Virus record (IMG/VR): IMGVR_UViG_3300003154_000682
Span: 10,354-74,353 of that record
Source: a virus
Reading direction: 5' to 3' (one strand)
Length of the DNA stretch: 64,000 nucleotides
Shown here: piece after piece, positions 60,038-64,000 of the stretch
Layout: each line of letters opens with the position of its first letter
Numbering within the stretch: position 1 is the first letter of the stretch
The notes under the pieces: generated by a model
What the model was told of the DNA's origin: nothing
Databases searched by the model: none
What the model saw: only the letters and a program-made list of their open reading frames with translations
Translations under genes and position numbers: made by a program

Positions 60038-63000
60038 ATGCCAGTATCCAGTTGGGTGGATTCAGTTGAATTTATCGACGCTACTATATCAGGAGCTAAT
60101 AATAGTTCTAGTTACTCATTATCCAAAGGTCAGGATTACACGCATTGTATTCCTTTTTATACAGTATGTGGAGATTCAACTTATTGGGATAATCGTTTAA
60201 CAGATGTTTATTTTTCTGGAACCACACAGTCAGGTATAATAAATTTTGCAAGATCTAATAATAGAGCCACCAGTAGTTATATAAAATGCTATGTAGTAGA
60301 ATTCAATCCAGCACAAGTTAGAGTACAACAAGGTAGTTTTTCTCTAACGGGTTTAACTACTACTGCAATTACCTTATCAACTACGGTGAGTGGAATTGAT
60401 AGAACCGCCATGACTTTTGCTTGGCAGTCTAATGATACAGCTCAATATACCTCTCGTGTAGCTGTTCGTGGAAGAGTATTAAACACCACATCCATAGATT
60501 TTTATAGAAATATAGCCACATCAAACTGCACAGGACATTGGTTTTTATTTGAAGATTTAGGAAATAATTTTAGAGTAACTCACTTAGATAGCTCTCACGC
60601 TGCTACTGGACAAACATTAAATATTGGTAGTCAAAGAACGGTGGATCCATTACGAACATTTGTTTTAGGATCTTATGCAAATAGTAGCACTGATACTGGG
60701 TATTCTTCAGAGTGGACTACTAGACTATTTCTATACTCCATAGGTACTGTTAGATCTGATAGATCTTCTGGGGCATATACCATCTACTGGGCTGTCCAAG
60801 TAGTAGAGATATTGGATCAAACTAAAGTATATACGCCAATGGATCATGCTTTAATTGGGTGGACTACTCCTACAACGTATGCTGTAAATTCTGCTGGGGT
60901 ACAAGGAAGAGTTCCTTTATTATGTAATCCTAATACATCAACTATAGTAACAGCTATGATGCAGGGCTGGGCAAGAGTAGATACAAATACAACAGCTGCC
61001 AATAATAGCTGTATGGTGTCTTCAGAATTAACAGCAAGTGGAACTATAACCTATACTAAATATGGCACTACTTATGCTGCTAATCCTTCATATACAGTTG
61101 CAGTAGATTGGGCTGGAATAACTATGGCATCAGGTACCAATCTTTTTCCCATACCTGAAGGAAATGGACCTAACGAATCTTTTGTAAAGTCTGTAGAAAA
61201 CTTCAGATTTACATTGACAGGTCCTACTGGTGTATATGTTCTAACCAAAGGACAGATAGTTTCTAATTGTGTAGCTTTTACTTCTAACCGTAGTAATAGC
61301 GATACTTCAGATACTATTAATATCATTATGGTAAATGTGTATTTAAAAGAGCCAGGTTTAGTTTATATGCAACATTGGCCAGTAAGTGGAATAGTATCAG
61401 GTACAGCTGAAGCTGTGGTAGATGTGAGTATTGTAGAATTCTATCCAAGTCAAATCAAAGTGCAGCAAAAAATTGTCAATATAGACACTGCTGCAACTAC
61501 TATTAATGTTACCATAGATGCTATATCGTCGATAGATAAAGCGTTTATTCTTTCTAGCATGTTTACACCTAGTATAACCAATGTAAATGCTTTTAAGAGC
61601 GTTTTTTGTAGGATAAGTTTTACTACCACTACTAATATTGAATTGTATAAGAATATAGCAGGAAATGAGAATATATGCACCCTGTTTATTGTTGAAGATC
61701 TTCAGAATAATTTTGTATCGATACACAATACCAGCACATTTTCCACTGCTAATGATAGTTTTTATAATGAAACTTATAACTGGGGATTTCACAATTCATT
61801 TCCTATAGTAACTTATACTACTAATGAAAATGATAACTATCCTCAAAATGGGGCACTAAGAGGACTCTATTTTTCTCCTTATAAACCTGTATATTGTTCA
61901 AGGCAAAGTGCTTCTTATAGTATATACTCTTATGTGACTGTAGTAAAATTTATAGATGAAAAAAGGCATACTCAGCCGGTAGCAAAAGATTTATTGGTTG
62001 GAACGGCTTCTGTTACAAGTTATTACTCTCCAGAACTTAGAGGAACAGGAAATATTACTGCATACAATCCAGTTCAATATAGTACGATACATTGTGCTAC
62101 AAATAGTTCTGCTACTACTTCAGAGGCATTTGGTACCATAAGAATAGTTAATTATACTACTGGTGAGTATGAAGTGAGTAAAGTTGGGGCAGCAGTTAAT
62201 AGTTACTTTGGTGGACATATAATAAACTGGCCCGGTTTTCATTATCAAGATGCTAATAATATTGTAGGAACTCACACAAAGTCTTTTATAAATTCAATAC
62301 AAAGAGATTCTTTTAGTACCGACGGTGGTTGGATGGAGATTTGGTTGAGATACAATCAAGATATTACAAAATGCATACCATTTATTACTCATTCATCTGG
62401 TGCTACCGATGGAAATCTAACTAGATTATATAAATCTGTATATAGATATAGTGATCCCGATTGTTTTAGAATATGTTTTGGAGGAAATAATACCAGCTCT
62501 AGAAATATTTTGTCTTATATAGTAGAATTTAATCAGGATATTAAAATACAATATGGTTCTGGATATACAACGGGTACATCTAGAGTTTTTACTATAGAAG
62601 AAGTAAATTTAGATAGAGCCTTTCTTCATTTTTTTTCATCTTGTGATTCTTGGGCTATACAACAAAGAAGTCATGCTGTATGTGGTTATTTTTCCAGTTC
62701 CACACAAATATCTTTTATCAGAGATTATGCAGCTGGTGGTATGTATATAAGTTGGTATGTAGTTGAGTGCCCAGATTGGGGAGCAGACAGTTATTGGACT
62801 GTGCAGCATAATTTTAGTTCCAGTTTAGGTTCTGCAGCTACTTTAAATGCTTGGCTCTCCAAGCAACCTTCACTTAATAGAACTATGTATTTAACATCTT
62901 ATTCTACAAACGAAGCGGAGGGTGCCCCTCAATACGCCGCGTGGAGAATGTATAATAGGCAAGATCATGGTGTTCAGATGGATAAAAGCTCAACCGGTTA

Positions 63001-63661
63001 TAGTATGCAATCATTCAATGTAGAAGCTATTGAATTTTCTTCATCCCTTATAGCGAAAGGATTACAAATATATTCAAATTTCTATACTTTAGGTTCTACT
63101 ACACTTACTTCAGATGTGGATTTAAGAATAAATACACACAATGATTTTGAAATGCAAAGATCTTTGATCATACAGGCATATAACCAGAATCTGACTCGTG
63201 TTGACACAACAGCAACTGCAGGTTTTCAGGAAGGTTTTCATTATTTAGTATTCAAAGATCTTGACGATGATGGATATAGCGACACTATTACTGCTTCTAG
63301 GAATACTGGTTCTTATAATTCTTATGGTTTTTATTATGCAATACAATTCCCGGCTTATAATAAATATTATTTTTCAGGTTACGTCACAGAACAAGGGGCT
63401 CCTGTATCGAGAAAAGTAAGAGCTTATAAAACTTCTACAGGAGAAATAATGGATACCACAATGTCTATTAGTGGCACAGGTTATTTTTATTTAGAAACAG
63501 CAGCTTACGAACAACATTATATAGTAGCTATAGATGATGATGACGGGCTTTCTTTTAATGACTTGATTTATGGTAAAATTTATCCAGAACCAATATCTGG
63601 AGCTTTTGCTTGGGCAACAGATTCTTTAACAGTTTCTGGCGTGGGTGAATACACACCATAA
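60038..63661 (+). CDS. Tail fibre-like protein with three ~370-aa internal repeats (1207 aa)
   Basis: Repeat anchors are EFNPAQVRVQQG (60299), EFYPSQIKVQQK (61436) and EFNQDIKIQYG (62525). The C-terminal GYVTEQGAPVSRKVRAY..TGE...G.F.L...Y.VA.D domain is of a type seen in tail fibre genes. Confidence 0.75.
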   Translation: MPVSSWVDSVEFIDATISGANNSSSYSLSKGQDYTHCIPFYTVCGDSTYWDNRLTDVYFSGTTQSGIINFARSNNRATSSYIKCYVVEFNPAQVRVQQGSFSLTGLTTTAITLSTTVSGIDRTAMTFAWQSNDTAQYTSRVAVRGRVLNTTSIDFYRNIATSNCTGHWFLFEDLGNNFRVTHLDSSHAATGQTLNIGSQRTVDPLRTFVLGSYANSSTDTGYSSEWTTRLFLYSIGTVRSDRSSGAYTIYWAVQVVEILDQTKVYTPMDHALIGWTTPTTYAVNSAGVQGRVPLLCNPNTSTIVTAMMQGWARVDTNTTAANNSCMVSSELTASGTITYTKYGTTYAANPSYTVAVDWAGITMASGTNLFPIPEGNGPNESFVKSVENFRFTLTGPTGVYVLTKGQIVSNCVAFTSNRSNSDTSDTINIIMVNVYLKEPGLVYMQHWPVSGIVSGTAEAVVDVSIVEFYPSQIKVQQKIVNIDTAATTINVTIDAISSIDKAFILSSMFTPSITNVNAFKSVFCRISFTTTTNIELYKNIAGNENICTLFIVEDLQNNFVSIHNTSTFSTANDSFYNETYNWGFHNSFPIVTYTTNENDNYPQNGALRGLYFSPYKPVYCSRQSASYSIYSYVTVVKFIDEKRHTQPVAKDLLVGTASVTSYYSPELRGTGNITAYNPVQYSTIHCATNSSATTSEAFGTIRIVNYTTGEYEVSKVGAAVNSYFGGHIINWPGFHYQDANNIVGTHTKSFINSIQRDSFSTDGGWMEIWLRYNQDITKCIPFITHSSGATDGNLTRLYKSVYRYSDPDCFRICFGGNNTSSRNILSYIVEFNQDIKIQYGSGYTTGTSRVFTIEEVNLDRAFLHFFSSCDSWAIQQRSHAVCGYFSSSTQISFIRDYAAGGMYISWYVVECPDWGADSYWTVQHNFSSSLGSAATLNAWLSKQPSLNRTMYLTSYSTNEAEGAPQYAAWRMYNRQDHGVQMDKSSTGYSMQSFNVEAIEFSSSLIAKGLQIYSNFYTLGSTTLTSDVDLRINTHNDFEMQRSLIIQAYNQNLTRVDTTATAGFQEGFHYLVFKDLDDDGYSDTITASRNTGSYNSYGFYYAIQFPAYNKYYFSGYVTEQGAPVSRKVRAYKTSTGEIMDTTMSISGTGYFYLETAAYEQHYIVAIDDDDGLSFNDLIYGKIYPEPISGAFAWATDSLTVSGVGEYTP

Positions 63662-63681
63662 TAAATGGAGGATAGATTTTT

Positions 63682-64000
63682 ATGATAGCAACATTTATTA
63701 GTGCTAATCAATTTAGAGTAGATGATGATCGTACTGGAGAATTTAAAACTGGTCGTAGAATTAAAGCCAACTGTGGAGTAGATGGTTATAAATATTCTAC
63801 TATTGTATCTTCTTCATTTTCTTCATCGTATACTACTATAATTATAGAAGAATCTGTGCTAACTTCTAATATAATAGATGTATTATATGGTATAGTAAAC
63901 ACAGGATCAGAGGGATCCTTTCCAAATCATCTACATGATGGGACCGAAGGTCAGGGTGGTGCCTTACCTTATGTTACAGAATCTAACTTTGCTACTTATT
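63682..64000 (+). CDS. Probable tail fibre protein, 3'-truncated (MIATFISANQFRVDDDRTGEFKTGRRIKANCG...PNHLHDGTEGQGG...)
   Basis: RBS GGAGG upstream; frame open to the window end; HxHDG..GG motif. Not in the supplied ORF track. Confidence 0.7.
   Translation, partial: MIATFISANQFRVDDDRTGEFKTGRRIKANCGVDGYKYSTIVSSSFSSSYTTIIIEESVLTSNIIDVLYGIVNTGSEGSFPNHLHDGTEGQGGALPYVTESNFATY

Noticed and set aside
1050-61792. The many 60-160 aa alternate-frame and antisense ORFs in the track
   Set aside because: They lie entirely within long plus-strand genes, have no recognisable motifs, and are expected by chance opposite stop-poor frames.
1-64000. tRNA, rRNA, capsid, terminase, sheath or replication genes
   Set aside because: None were recognised. 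The window is almost entirely tail-module coding sequence and the largest intergenic gap is under 90 bp.

Overview
This is an AT-rich, almost fully coding, all-plus-strand segment of a large tailed bacteriophage: the tape-measure, baseplate and tail-fibre module. A bacterial host is suggested by strong AGGAGG ribosome-binding sites and a TTGACA-N17-TATAGT promoter. The first 19.7 kb is one ORF that is open from position 2, so it is truncated at the window edge and is at least 6564 aa. It has a classical TP901-type tape-measure core. It also carries three enzyme signatures: the two-barrel RNA polymerase catalytic loop (KLDYDGDQIEIH), a RecB-like PD-(D/E)XK nuclease and an HExxH zinc metallopeptidase. 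It ends in a 33-copy 21-bp (KVEDKxF) tandem repeat. Downstream are small baseplate-like genes, Ig-, discoidin-, LamG- and DUF2341-like tail appendage proteins (up to 3004 aa), a free-standing HNH endonuclease and an FmdB-type zinc ribbon. There is also an intact but catalytically degenerate ComD/ComE-like (sulfopyruvate/phosphonopyruvate decarboxylase) gene pair inside the tail operon. I saw no RNA genes, CRISPR array, capsid or replication genes. All family assignments come from motif recognition by eye; no searches were run.
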